From positions 21,344,001 through 21,408,000 of the forward strand of contig CP086569.2 of assembly GCA_009914755.4 (NCBI GenBank): a stretch of DNA of 64,000 bases, read 5' to 3'. The stretch comes from the human T2T-CHM13v2.0 reference genome, Homo sapiens. The notes under the pieces were generated by a model. That model searched no databases. It saw nothing but the letters and a program-made list of their open reading frames with translations, and was not told the DNA's origin. Both the position numbers and the translations under genes were made by a program. Below are positions 20,911-38,479 of the stretch, piece after piece (the stretch's first letter is position 1; each line of letters begins with the position of its first letter).

Positions 20911-22439
20911 TAAGAAAGCACAACACACCAGACAATCCCTTCTACGGCTGCTAGGATGATTATAATATAACAATGCTTATATGCTAAAGATTGTATGAAC
21001 CAAGCCAAGCAAATTAGAGAGATCAAAAATTAAGCCAGGTGAATAGCTTACCTATGGTAATCAAATAGCCTATTTAATCTTCTGTAACTGTGTTTCTATA
21101 AGACTCAATCTATCCAGGTGCAAAAGTAGTGTCAACACTGATAAGCATCTACTTTCATATAGGTACATCTGCTGTCTTTTGATTACCATTTACTTTGAAT
21201 ATTTTTAATCCTTTCACCCTCATATTTTGGTGTACTGAAATCTAAAGATAGCTATTATCTTGGCATCAAATTATTGGGTTTTTTTCCTTTTTTATTTTAC
21301 TTATTTTTATTTTTTACCACTTCTATTACATTAGGTCTTTTGGTTCAAAAAATAAAATCCAGGTACACTTAATTATTTATTGTTAACAACTTGCTACAGC
21401 AATTTTATTTTTAAATTTTGCCTGACTTTTGCAGTTCTTGTTTTGCTTTATTCCAATTTTACTTCCTTGATTTTGTTTTTGCTGTTGTCTAATTCCAGTT
21501 GTATACCGTATCTATTTTTTTTGTTGCTTTTGTATATGTAATGCAGAATTTTTTGTGATAACAAGGAATATTACCTAAAATGTCTTGTAATATTCTAATT
21601 TAAGAAGATATTATTTTATTTGAAGATTAACATGGTTTTTACATCCCCTCACACATTTTATAGTATTAATGTTCTACTATATATCAATTTATATTCAGAA
21701 TCCATTGAGCAATTCTTTACAGGTGTATCTTATTGAAACTTTTTAAATTCTCATCCCAGAGTTACTAGTATTTAAATTAGATAATAATTATTTACTGTAG
21801 GTTTTCCTATATTATATTTTTTCCAAAAAATATTATAATTTCATGTTTTTTTATCATTGATTTGTTTCAAACAGTAAAACTGGTTAGGAAATTATTGTAA
21901 AGATATTCACAAGGAGATGAACATGCACAACTTTTTTTCTCTTTAAATGTGCTTTTTAAATATCAAACAAAGAGCTTTTCAGGTTAGAGTATTCTGAGCT
22001 AGCAATTCCTTATTTCTTTAGCACCTTCAATATGTCATTTCATTTTCTCCTTACTTGGTGATTTCTTTTATAAAGTGAGGTGATAACCTAATAGAAGATA
22101 AGTGATATGTAGCAAGTTTCTCCTATAGCTGTTTTACATTTATTTTTATCTTTTACTGTTTACAATTTCATTATAATGCTCCTTGGAGTATAAGATTTTT
22201 TATCTTGTTTTTTTTGAGTTTCATGAATTTCTGAGTTAATATTTCTCTTAGCATTTTAGATGGTTTGAACAGTATATTTCAATGCATTTTCTGCTTTTTT
22301 GTCTTTCTCTTCTGTCTTGGGTATTTCATAATTTGTCTTTTCATACAATTGACAGTAACCTCCCCACAACACTCTTACTTTAATTATTTTCCAAATGCTT
22401 TTGTTATTGTTGTTGGTGTTTCAATTGGCTGAACAAACC

Positions 22440-25400
22440 TGGAGAACAGTTTAGGCCACAAGGACTGCAAGTCTTTGGTGAGCCCAAGTGCTGGCTTGGT
22501 CCCAGAGACAGTGGACTGGAGGGAACATGCAACCTGCTGAGACACCAGCTGGGACAGTCAAGGATGTGCTGGCATCACCCCTCCACTAACCCTAGGCTGC
22601 ACAGCTCATCGCTTTAAAAAAGACCCCTTCACTCCACTTATGGAGAGGCGAGGGGAAGAGTGGGGAGGATTGTCTTCTATGTTGGATACCAGCTCAGCCA
22701 CAGCAGGATAGGATATGGGTCAGTCATGAGGCCCCCATTCCAGACCCCAGCTCCTGAACACATCCTGGGCTGGAAGGAAACCTGTTGCTTTCAAGGGAAG
22801 AACCCATTCCTGGCAGCATTCATCACCTGCTACCTGAAGAGCCCTTGGACCTTGATTAACCATCAGCAAGATCCAGGTACTACACTGAAGGTGTTGGGTG
22901 AAACTGGGAAACTCAGCACATTCCCAGCTGTCATGGCTACTGGCTGAAACCCCTTCCAGTTAAGAAAAGCAGAGGGAAAAGCAAAAGGGACTTTGTTGTA
23001 TATATCAGATATCAGCTTAACCACAGGAGATTAGAGCACCAAGTAGGCTCTTGGGTCTCTCATTCTAAGACTTGTCTATTGAATGGAATTTCTAGACCTT
23101 CCTTGGGCCAGAGGGATGCCCACAGCCCAGAAGGTTAAGTCTCAGGCCAGGAAGCATTCACTAAGAATTGATTAAGAAGCCCTTGTGCCTGAAGGGTAAA
23201 TTGATGGTAGGCTGGCAATACTCTCCATGGGTGTTTGGTCATGATAGCTACAAGGTGAGACTCCTCTGTCTTTGCAAATGGGAGAGAATACTAGGAAGGA
23301 CTGTGTCTAATAGTTTGAGTTTCAGCTAAGCCATAGTGCTGTAGAACACTAAGTAGACATCTAAGGTTTTTGACTAGTCTCTAACTTCTGGAATGTCCCT
23401 CTGGACATGGCTGGGGACTGAGGAACTAGCTACCCTAATAGGAAGGACTTGTCTTGCAACTAGGTCTGGCTGGCTTTTCAACCTGCTTACTGTAGACCCC
23501 AAGGGACTTGAGCAACCATAGGCCATAGTCAGAGTGTGGTTACAGCAGCCCTTGGGTGAGACACAGTATTGTGCTGGTCTGACGTCTGATGCAGAGCAGT
23601 CCTGGTAGTGGAGGCCACAGGGGTGCTTCTTTTACACCACCAGAAGCTCTGGGTGGCTTAGAACAAAGAGAGACTGTTCATTTGGGAGAACGTAAGAAAG
23701 ATAACAAGTGTATCTGCCTGGTAATCCAGAGAATTCTTCCAGAACTTGTGCAAGACCATCAAGGCGGCACCTCTATGAGTCTGCAAAACCACCGTGTTAC
23801 TGGGTTTGGGGAGCCCCCTAAAGCAGATACAGTTCAGATCATAACAGCCAATTCCTTTAAAATATCTGAAAAGCCTCCTCAAAGAAAGAGGGGTACAAAT
23901 AGACTCAGAGGAAGAAGGCTATTATAGATACTGAACTCTTCCATGCCCAAACACCAACAAATCTTTATAAATATTAACAACATTCAGGAAAACATGACCT
24001 CATTAAATGAACTAAACAAAGCACCAGTGACCAATTCTGAAGAAACAGAGCTATGTGAGGGTTCAAACAGAGAATTCAAAATTGCGGTTTTGAGGAAACA
24101 AAGATATTGAGGAAAACACACATATAAAATCATAATTCTATCAGATAAATTTAACAGAATAGAATAAATATAAGAGAATGGAATAAAAAAGAGTCAAGCA
24201 GAAATTCTGGATCTGTAAAATACAGTCGAAATGTGGGAGGATACCTCAGAGTCTCTTAATAGCAGGATTGATTAAGAAGAAGAAAGAATTAGTGAGCTTG
24301 AAAACACATTATTTGAAAATACATTCAGAGAAAACAACAATAACAAAAAACAATATCAGCGAAAATAGATTTTTAGACAAAAACTATCAAAAGAGATAAA
24401 GAAGGATTCTATATAATAATAAAGTTGTCAATTCAGAAAAATGACGTGGCAATTTTAATTATATATGTGCAAACACTGGAGCACCCAGATACACAAAGCA
24501 AATATTATTAGAGATAAAGAAAGAGATAAGCCCTGATACAATAATACCTGGAGACTTTAACATCGCACTTTCAGCATTGGACAGATCTTTCAGACAGAAA
24601 ACCAACAAACATTGAATTTAATCTTCACTAGATACAGAATGAATCTAATAGATATTTACAGAACATTTCATCCAGTGGCTGCTGAATACATGTTTTTTTC
24701 TAAGCATATGGAGCATTCTCAAGCATAAAGTGTTTGTTGGATAAACAGTTTTAAAACATGCAATAAATGAAATCATGTCAAGCATCTTCTGAATATAGTA
24801 AGATTGGATTACAATGTAATAACAAGATAAATTTTGGAAATTATACAAATACTTGGACATTCATCAATGTGCTGCTGAATGACAAGTGGGTCAATAAAAT
24901 TAGTAAAAGAAATAATATCATGGAGCACAAATAAATAATATTGAAAAAATAAAGACCAATGAAACAACATTTTTTTGTAAAGTTTAATGCAATTGACAAA
25001 CCATTAGCTAGACCAGCTAAGAAAAAAAGTGAAAACATAAATAAATAAAATCAGTGATGAAAAAGGAAACATTATAGATTACTGCAGAAATTCAAAGGAT
25101 CACTAGAGGCTACTATGAGCAAATATATGCCAAAAATTAAGAAAATCTTAAAGAAACAGACAAATTATTAAACATATATTACTTACCAGGATTGAGCCAT
25201 GAAAAAATTCAAAACATTATCAGACCAATAACAAGTGACAGGATTGAAGCTGTAATAAAAATTCTTCAAGTAAAGAAAAGCCCAGGACCCAATGGCTTTG
25301 CAGCTTAATTTTACCAAACATATTAAAAGTACTGATCCCAGTTCTACTCAAACTATTCCAGAAAACACAGGTGGATACACTTTCAAACTAATTCTATAAG

Positions 25401-25830
25401 GTTAGTTGTACCCTGGCACTAAAAGCAAAGACACATAACCCCACAAAAAATCTTACACACCAATATATCTGATAAATATGCAAAAATCTTCAATAAAATA
25501 CTAGCAAACCAAATGTAATAATACATTAAAAGGGTAATTCATCATGACGAATTGGAACTCATTTCTGGGATTCAAGGATAGTTCAGCATATGCAAATCAA
25601 TCAATGTAATACATCATATCAACAGAATGAAGAGCAAAAATTATTTGTTCATTTCAATTGATGCCATAAAAGCATTTGATAAAATTCAACATATCTTCAG
25701 ATAAAAATTCTAAGAAGAACTGAGGATTGAAGGAACATACTTCCACATAATAAAAACTATATATAACAGAACGACAGTTCATATTATCCTTAATGGTGTA
25801 AAACTGGAAGTCTTTCCTCTATCCATTATA
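22440..25830 (+). mobile_element. Ancient L1 (L1M-type), comprising a long 5'UTR, an ORF1 remnant and the ORF2 N-terminal half, ending abruptly at about 25830
   Basis: ORF2 EN and RT motifs in frame fragments: [43 protein letters not shown]. The element is very degraded. Confidence 0.7.
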
Positions 25831-25859
25831 ATTATTAATGGCTAATTGCCACTGTCCTG

Positions 25860-26730
<871 letters not shown>

Positions 26731-27313
26731 AACATCCAAGTATTCTTAAGTAACCATAATTACTACACTTTAGTCATTCAATTTTTTAGGTGTGTAATCT
26801 TGCAAATTATTGCACAGTAGTTGCTGCTGATAAAAGCAAAGTCTTAATTAAACATGCCCAAACAAGTTCTCAACTCAAGGCCTTTGAAACTATTATTTTT
26901 GTAGGCATGTGGGACAACATAAGTGAGATATGCTTCCACTTGGACCCTCATTTGACCCAGAAATTACCTTATTCAACATCCTAATTGGAAAACCTGTACC
27001 TAAATTCTCTGTACATCTCATCTGTTAACTGGATCATATGGTAGGTCAATTTTTAGTTTTTAAAAGAAACTCCAAACTGATCTGTACAGTGGTTGTATTA
27101 ATTTACATTTTGACCAACAGTGTACAAGGGTTTCCTTTTCTCCACATCCTTACTAGCATCTGTTACTGCGTATCTTTGGATATAAGGCATTTTAAATGGG
27201 GTGATACCTTATTGTCATTTTGATTTGAATTTGTCTGATTATCAGTGATGCTCAGCACCTTTTTCTATGCATGTATGCTCTCTATATATCTGCTTTTAAG
27301 TAATACCTATTTA

Positions 27314-27629
27314 GGACAGGCACAGTAGCTCATGCCTGTAATCACAGCATTTTGGGAAGCTAAGGTGGGCTGACCACATGAGGTCAGGAATTCAAGAGCA
27401 GCCCAGCCAAAATGGTGAAACCTCATTTCTACTAAAAATAAAAATTAGCTGGGCATTATGGCAGGTGTTTGAATGTCTCAGCTACTCAAGAGGCTGAGGA
27501 AAGAGAATCACTTGAACCCCGGAAGCAGAGGTTGTAGTGAGCTGAGATTGCCCCACTGCATTCCAGCCTGGTGGACAAAAAAAGATTCTGTCATTAAAAA
27601 AAAAAGAAAAGAAAAAAGAGAAAAATAAA
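27314..27629 (+). mobile_element. Alu SINE nested inside the old minus-strand L1
   Basis: ggacaggcacagtagctcatgcctgtaatcacagcattttgggaagctaaggtgggc ... A-rich tail. Confidence 0.9.
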
Positions 27630-30600
27630 GTTTATTTAAATATTGTGCCAATCTTTTGATCAAATTTTTTTGTGTATAGAATTGATAGAATTGTTTGAGC
27701 TCTTTATATTTCCTGGTTATTAATTTTTTTTGTTGGATAGGTAGTTTAAAAATATTTTCTCCAATTTTGTGGGTTATCTCTTCACTTTGTCGATTGTATC
27801 CTTTGCTATAAAGAAGCTTTTTAACTTGTGACCCCATTTGTCCATTTTTTTTCCCTCATAATTGCTTGAGCTTGCAGGGTATAGCTCAAGAGATGTTTGC
27901 CCAGACCTATGTCCTAGAGAAGTTCCCCAATGTGTTCTTATGCTAGTTTCATAGGTTTAGATCTTACATTTAAGGCTTTAATCCATTTTATTTTGATTTT
28001 TTCTTACGGCAAGAGATGTGGGACTGGTTTTATTCCTTTGCATGTGCATATCCAGTTTCTTGGCACTATTTATTTAAGAGACTGTATTTTCCCTAGTGTA
28101 TGTTCTTGGCACCTTTGTTGAAAATTAGTATTCTGTAGGTATGAAGATTTGCTTCTCAAGTCTCTATTTTGTTCCATTGGTCTATGTGTCCATGTTTATA
28201 CCAGTGCAATGGTGTTTTAGCTAGTATAATTCTGTAGCATAATTTAAAGTTAGGTAATGCTGTTCCTCCAGTTTTGTTCTTTCTGCTTAGGATGGCTTTG
28301 GTTATTCTGGGTCTTTGTAGTTCCAACTAAATTTTTGGATTTTTAAGATTCTACTTCTGTGAAGAATGTTGTTGGTATTTCTATAGGGATTGCATTAACT
28401 GTTTGGATTGCTTTGGGTAGTATGAAGATTTTAACAATATTAATTCTTCCAAACCATGAACATGAAATATTTTTCCATTTTTTTGTGTCCTTTTCAATTT
28501 TTTTTATCAATGTTTTGTACCTTTTATTATAGAGATACTTTATAACTCTGGGAAAGTTAATTCCTAGGTATTTAATTTTATGTGTGGCTATTGTAAATGG
28601 GATTACTTTTTATTTCTTTTCACATTGTTCATTGTTGGCATATAGAAATGCTACTGATTTTGCATGTTGATTTTGTATCTGACAACTTTACTGAATTTGT
28701 TTACCATTTCTCATAGTTTACTTGTCAAGTGTTTAGGTTTTACTACATATAAAATCACATTATCAGAAAATAAAAATAACTTGACTTCTTTAAAATCTGA
28801 GTACCCTTTATATTTTTCTCTTGTCTTGTTGCTCTGGCTAAAACTGACAGTACTAAGTTGAATAACAGTGGTAACAGTGGGAACTCTTGTTATGTCCCGG
28901 ATCTTAGTATAATACAAGCTGTGGATCTGTCATATATGGCTTTTATGTTGAGGTATGTTCCTTCAATCTCTAATGTCTTTGAGGATTTTTATCATGAATA
29001 TGTTTATTTTATAAAATGCTTCTTTAGTATCAATTGAAATGATCATACGCTTTTTACTCTTTACTCTGTTAATATGATGTATCATGTTGATTGATTTGTG
29101 TACATTGAGCTGTCCTTGTATCACTGGAATAAATACCACTTGGTCTTGACAAATGATTTTTCTAATATATTGTTGTATTTGGTTTCCTAGTGTTTTGTTG
29201 AGAATTTTTGCATCAATATTTATTAGAGGTATTGCCCCATGGTTTTTTATTTTTGATGTGTCATTGTCTGTTTCTGTGTTAGCATAATACTGGTGTTGAG
29301 GAATTAGTTTGAAAGTATTTCCTTCTTCTCTATTTTTCAGAATAGTGTGAACAGAATTGGTATTAGTTCTTCATTAAATGTTCAGTGAAATTTAGCAGTG
29401 AAGCTACCAGGACCCGAGCTTTTTTTACTGGAATATTTTTTTTTTATTATGGCTTCAATCGCACCATTTATTATTAGTCCATTTAGATTTAAAATTTCTT
29501 ACTAAGTCAATATTGTTAACTTTGAATGTATCTAGCAATTTGTCAGTTTCTTCCAGATTTTTGAATTTATTAATATATACTTGCTTATACTACTCACTAA
29601 TAATGCTTTGAATTTCTATAGTATCAGTTGTAATTCATTCTTTTATATATAGCTGGTGCTATTTACTTTGAACTCTTTTTTCCTTAGTCTGACTAAAGGT
29701 TTTTCAATCTTAAACTAAAAACTTTGTATTTATCTTTTTCATTGCTTTCTATTTTCATTTTTATTTATTTATTTGTGTTCTAATCTTTATCACTTTATTT
29801 CTTCTTCTAATTTTGGCTTAGATTTGCTATGCTTTCCTAGTATTTCAAGATGTATCATCAGATTATTTGAAGTGTTTTTGTTTTTTGATGTAGGTGCTCA
29901 TAGTAATAAACTTTCCTCTGAGTACTGCTTTTGCTGAATCTCACAGGGTTTGGTAGATTGTGTTTTCATTATCATTTGTTTCAAAAAAGTTTTCAATCTT
30001 CTTCTGAATCTCTTCATTGACCCACCTGTCATTTAGAAGCATATTATTTAATTTTCAGTTATTTGTATAGTTTCAAAAAATTACTTGTTATTAATTTCTA
30101 GTTTTATTCCATTGATGAGAAGATGCTTCATATAATTTCAATTTTTTAAAATGTTTTGAGACATGATTTGCTACCTAAGGTATAGTCTATCCTTGAGAAT
30201 GATCCATGTGCTGAGTAAAAGGATATATATTCTGAAGCTCTTAGATAAAATTATCTCTAAATAACTATTAAATTTATTTGGTCTATAGTGGAGATTAATT
30301 ATGACTTTTTTGTGTTGTTGATTTTCTGTCTGGAAAATCTATCTAATCTTAACAGTGGGGGGCTGAGGTCTCCAGCTATTATTGTATTGGACCCTATTTC
30401 TCTCTGTGGCTGTAATGTATGTATTATATATCTCTTTGCTCCAGTGTTGGGTTCATATATCTTTAAAATTGTTGTATCTTCTTGCTGAACTTACTCCTTT
30501 ATTATTACATAGTGAGCTTCTTTGTCTCATATAGTCTGGTCTTGAAATTTATTTTGTCTGGTAAAAGTAAGTGATTCTTGGACCTTTCTTGTTTCCAATG

Positions 30601-30813
30601 ACATGAAATATATTTTCACATCACTTTATTTTCAGGCTATGTGTATTTTTATAGGCAAAGTGTATTTCTTATAGGCAACTGGCGAGTGTCTTATTTTTTC
30701 ATACATTCAGCCAGTCTATTTTAATTGGATAGTTGAGTCCACTTACGTTCAATGATATTATTGATTATTATGAACTTATACCCTGCCATTTTGTGGTTTG
30801 TTTTCTGGGTTTT

Positions 30814-30815
<2 letters not shown>

Positions 30816-30864
<49 letters not shown>

Positions 30865-30868
30865 TCTT
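30816..30868. repeat. (TG)n microsatellite
   Basis: tgtgtgtgtg... Confidence 0.95.
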
Positions 30869-33800
30869 TTTCTCCTTTTTTCTTTTATTGCTGTCTTTCT
30901 CTAGCGAAGATAAGAGTCTCTGGTGATATGATTTAATTTTCTGCTTTTCATTTTTTGCATTTTTAAAATATTTTTTTGTTTGAGGTTACCATGAGACTTG
31001 CAAATGCTATCTTATAGCCCATTATTTCAACCTGATATCACTATTTGCATAAACTAACAAGCAAAAAGAAAACTAATAAAAACTCAGATTAACTTCAGCT
31101 TCCACCCAACTTTTCTTACTTGTTACTTCTATTTATATTTTACTCTACTGTGTCCTAAAATGTTGTGATTATTACTTTTTTTTTATTGCTTAGTTTTTCC
31201 ACTTAGGATAACAGTAGTTTACACACTGTAGTTAGAGTGTTATTATATCCTGTGTTTTCCTCCATACTTATTTTTATCCATAAGTTTTGTACCTTCAGGT
31301 GATTGTTGATTGTTCCTTAACACTTTTTTCTTTCTGACTGAAGTACTCCCTTTAGGTTTGCTTGTAGAATGCATCTGGTATTCATGAAATCCCATAGCTT
31401 TTGTTTGCTGAAAAAGTCTTTACATCTTCTTTATATGTGAAAGATATTTTCACCAGCTATACTATTCTAGGATAAAAATGGATTCATTTGTCCTTTTTTT
31501 TCTTTCAGCACTTCAAATATGTCATGACATTCTTTCTTGTTCTGCAAAGTTTCCACTAACAAGTCTGCTGCCAGACATGTTGGAGCACCATTGTAGGTTT
31601 TTTTTTGTTTTTTTTTTTTTCTCTCTTGCTGCTTTTAAGATCCTTTATCCTTGACCTTTAGGAGTTTGATTATTAAATTCCCTGAAGTAGTCTTATTTGG
31701 GTTAAGTCGTCTTGGTGTCTATAACCTTCTTGTATTTGAATGTTGATTTCTTCCTGTAGGTTTGCAATAGTTTTCTGTTACTATTCCTTTGTATAAACTT
31801 TCTACCCCTATCTTTTTCTCTACCTCCTCTTTAAGGCCAATAACTCCAGAGGCTACTTTCTAGATGCTGTAGGCATGCTTTATTATTTTCTTTTTTTTCT
31901 CTGACTGTATATTTTCTGTTTGCCTATCTTCAAGCTCACTAAGTCTTTCTTCTGTTTCATCCATTATATTAATACATCTCTGATGTATTCTTCTGTATGC
32001 CAATTTTATCTTTTAGCTCTGGAATTTCTGCTTAATTATTTTAATACCCCATTATTCTCATGGAATTCTGAATTTATTCTCCGTGTTATATCAAATTTCT
32101 TTGCGTTTCAACACTGGTCTTCAAATTCTCTGTCTGAAATGTCATGTACTTCTGTTCCTCCAGGATTGATCCCCAGTACCTTATTGAGTTCATTTAGTTG
32201 GGCCACATTTTCCTGAATGGTACTGATGCTACTAGATATTCTAAGGTGCCTGGGTATTGAAGAGCTAGGTATCTATTGCCATCTTTACTATATGGGCTTA
32301 TTTATAGTCTTCTTTTCTGAGATGCCTTTCCAGATATTGGAAAAGACTTGGATGTTGTGATCTACACTGTGTTTGCTTTAGGAAGTACCACAAGCCCCCA
32401 AACTCTGTGGCTCTTCTGGAGTTGTTAGACGTACTGCCTTAACAGTCTTGGACAGAATCTGGGAGACTTATCTGGATTACCAGACAGACAATTTTTTTCT
32501 CTTTACTTAGTTTCTCCCAAACATACAGAGTCTCTCCCTATGTTCTGAGTCATCTAAAGCTAGTCATGGAGTGACACAAGTACCCCTGTGGCCACCATCA
32601 CTGTGATTATGCTGGGTCAGAACTGAAGCCAGCACAGTGCTGGGTCTCACCCAAGGCCTGCTATAACCACTCCCTGGTTACTGCCTATGTTAATTCAAGG
32701 GCTTGGGGCTCCACAATTAGCAGGTAGCAAAGGCAGGCCTTTGTTCTTCCATTTAGGGCAGAGGTTCCCCAGATCCCATGTGTGTCAGAAGTGCCATCGT
32801 GGAGTCAGGGCTGGATTCAAAAACCTTAGAAGTCTAGTTGGTACTCTACGGTATTGAGGCTGCCACCCAAACCACAAGTTGCAGTTGTTTCCACTCTTCC
32901 CTCTACTTTCCAAAGGCAGAAATTTCTTATCCCTTAGTTACCACTACTACCCTGCCAAAAGGACTACTGCCAGACTACCACAGATGTTTTCTTCAGGCTT
33001 GAGGTCTTTTAGGTTAGCTTTTGGTGAATGCTGCCTGGCACAGGATTCACCCTTCAGGGCAGTGGGCCTCTTTCTGGGTCAGGGAAGGTCCAGAAATGCC
33101 ATCCAAGAGTCAAGTCTTGGAATCAGGTACTCTAAGAGCTCACTTTGTGCTTAGCACCTGTGGCAGTGTTGGTATCTAAAATGCAAGACGTCAAAGTCCC
33201 CTTTAAGTTTCTCTCCACTTTTCTAGAGTAGAAGTTGTTTTGCCCCATTGCCACTACAGTCTACAGTTGGTTATGTGCTACATTTCTCCTGAAGCTAGCA
33301 AGTCTCAGAGCATCACTCAAGGCCCTTAATGTAGTACCTGGGTATCACTGCTGTTCATTCAGAGCCCAAGGTTTCTTCAGTGAGCAGGCAATAAATGTTG
33401 ACTGGACTGAGTCCTTTCCTTCAAGGCATCAGGTTCCCTTCCGGCCCAGAGTGTGTCAAGAAATGCCATCTGGGAGGTAAGACCAAAAATGGCAGGCTCA
33501 AAACTCTGTACGGTACCTTAACCTGCTGTGGCTGAACTGGTGTGCTAAGTGCAAAACAAAGTCTTTTGTATCCTTTCATGCTCTCCCCTTAAGTGAAGGA
33601 TAGGAGCCTTTTTTGGAGCCATGAGCTAAAAAGCTTGGGGTTAGCACAGAGGTGATGCCAGGACTCTCTTTTCTGCCTTAGCTGGTGCCTCTTGTTCCAG
33701 TCAACTCCACTGTTTCTGGGCCTACTTCAGCAACAGGACTTACTTAAGAGATGCAGTGGCTTAGAATACTATTCAAGTTTACTTAGATACCAAGAGCATT

Positions 33801-34920
33801 TTGGCCCTCTATGGAGAGGTTTGTGGGCAGTCAAGTTCAGACCACTAGGACTGGAGATTCTCTTGTAGCTAGGGATGGTTTCAATGCTCCTTCTGTGGGT
33901 GGGCATCAGCTGACTTTGTTCTGATTTTCTTCTCTCCTTTAATAGGACAGCACTAAGTTCACTGCCTTGCAATTACTGTGTTGTTTCTACATCAGTGCCC
34001 ACAGATACTTTCTGCCTACACAGTTGCTACCAGGGATTAGGGAGAGGTGGCTTTGGTGATTCAGGGATGGTTTTGTTGTTCTTGCTTGTTTGTTTTTTGT
34101 TTTTGTTTCAAATCTTCAGTGCCTCTTTCAGTGATATGAAGTTAAAATCAGTTACTGTAAGTGATCACCTGATTTTTTGGTTCTTACGAAGGTGTGTAGT
34201 TTTTTGTTTGTTTTTCTTTTATGTGTAGATAATTGGTAACTTGATGTTCTTGGGGTGAGGGGGAGGGCTGTAATCAGTGGAGCTTTCTATTTCCACCATT
34301 TTGTTTCTTTTCTCTCCAAATTTTTATTTATTGATTGAACTTTAAATTTTGTATATGCATAGTTTTCCAATATTTTTATTTGTTCCTGCATTTTTGGGAT
34401 TTCTTTTACATCTAAGGAGTGTTTTATAATAATCATGTTTAATTCTGTTTCAGGAAATTCATTTTTGTAATTTTTTAAAAGATGTATTAATATTCTTTAT
34501 TAGTTTTATTAATATTCTTTATCTGATTATATGTTTGCATTGAGTCTTACAGACTGGTTTAGGTTTGAAGTTTTTCTCTATTAGGCTTTTGTGCTGAAGA
34601 TATTGCCTTTGGGATTACAGTTTTGTGAGTTCTAAGTAGGTCTCCTGGCTAAACTTGGTGCACAATAAAAACTGAATTTTACAGTCCAGTTACCAGGAGA
34701 ACTAGTAGACTGGAGTTCTATCTGTATCCTGGGGAGATCTGTTCGTCTCCAAGGTCATGGACTTTGGGGGCTGGCACTAAGACAAATATTTTCTTCATGA
34801 CTTGCAAACAGTGGGGTTTTCAGCATTTGTGCTGAAAGGTGTGGCTATCTATGATAGTTGGGAGAACTACTCTTATGTACAGACAGGTCCCTGGGCCTTT
34901 CATATTGCCTCATTCTTTTA

Positions 34921-35978
<1,058 letters not shown>

Positions 35979-36121
35979 TCAAAGAACATTTTTATTTCTG
36001 CCTTCATTTCATTATGTACCCAGTAGTCATTCAGGAGCAGGTTGTTCAGTTTCCATGTAGTTGAGTGGTTTTGAGTGAGATTCTTAATCCTGAGTTCTAG
36101 TTTGATTGCACTGTGGTCTGA

Positions 36122-36664
<543 letters not shown>

Positions 36665-36901
36665 GTGAACTCCCATTCACAATTGCTTCAAAGAGAATAA
36701 AATACCTAGGAATCCAACTTACAAGGGATGTGAAGGACCTCAAGGAGAACTACAAACCACTGCTCAAGGAAATAAAAAAGGATACAAACAAATGGAAGAA
36801 CATTCCATGCTCATGGGTAAGAAGAATCAATATCGTCAAAATGGCCATACTGCCCAAAGTAATTTACAGATTCAATGCCATCCCCATCAAGCTACTAATG
36901 A

Positions 36902-37831
<930 letters not shown>

Positions 37832-38468
37832 TGGGACTGTAAACTGGTTCAACCATTGTGGAAGTCAGTGTGGCGATTTCTCAGGGATCTAGAAGTAGAA
37901 ATACTATTTGACCCAGCCATCCTATTACTGGGTATATACCCAAAGGATATAAATCATGCTGCTATAAAGACACATGCACACGTATGTTTATTGCGGCATT
38001 ATTCACAATAGCAAAGACTTGGAACCAACCCAAATGTCCAACAATGATAGACTGAATTAAGAAAATGTGGCACATATACACCATGGAATACTATGCAGCC
38101 ATAAAAAATGATGAGTTCATGTCCTTTGTAGGGACATGGATGAAATTGGAAATCATCATTCTCAGTAAACTATCGCAAGAACAAAAAACCAAACAGCGCA
38201 TATTCTCACTCATAGGTGGGAATTGAACAATGAGAACACATGGACACAGGAAAGGGAACATCACACTCTGGGGACTGTTGTGGGGTGGGGGGAAGAGGGG
38301 AGGGATAGCATTGTGAGATATACCTAATGCTAGATGACGAGTCAGTGGGTGCAGCACACCAGCATGGCACATGTATACATATGTAACTAACCTGCACATT
38401 GTGCACATGTACCCTAAAACTTAAAGTATAATAATAATAAATAAATAAACAAATAAATAAAATTTAAG

Positions 38469-38479
38469 AAAATTAGGAT
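38469..38479. repeat. Right TSD of the L1 at 35006-38467
   Basis: aaaattaggat. Confidence 0.65.

Larger units (their letters stand above)
26750..34320 (-). mobile_element. Old full-length L1 (L1PB/L1MA-like, about 7.2 kb including a nested Alu). Layout: 3' end near 26750; ORF2 reverse complement 26900-30800; (TG)n at 30816-30868; ORF1 C-terminus reverse complement near 31300-31560; long 5'UTR reverse complement to about 34320
   Basis: The reverse complement translates to the ORF2 N-terminus (...LNVSGLNYPIKIDWL...) near 30500-30790. It also gives the ORF1 C-terminus (KLWDFMNTRCILQANLKGVLQSERKKC) at 31300-31400. The 5' end ggagctttctatttccaccattttg is the reverse complement of a CCAAGATGG..ATAGGAACAGCTCC-like start. 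Confidence 0.7.

Noticed and set aside
21230-22440. Apparent antisense-L1-like sequence directly upstream of the sense L1M 5'UTR (a possible head-to-head inversion)
   Set aside because: The similarity is too degraded for me to align confidently by eye. I left it unannotated.
26750-34340. A TSD for the old minus-strand L1 (tttatttaaatattg versus tttatttattgattg)
   Set aside because: The match is too short and AT-biased to be distinguishable from chance.
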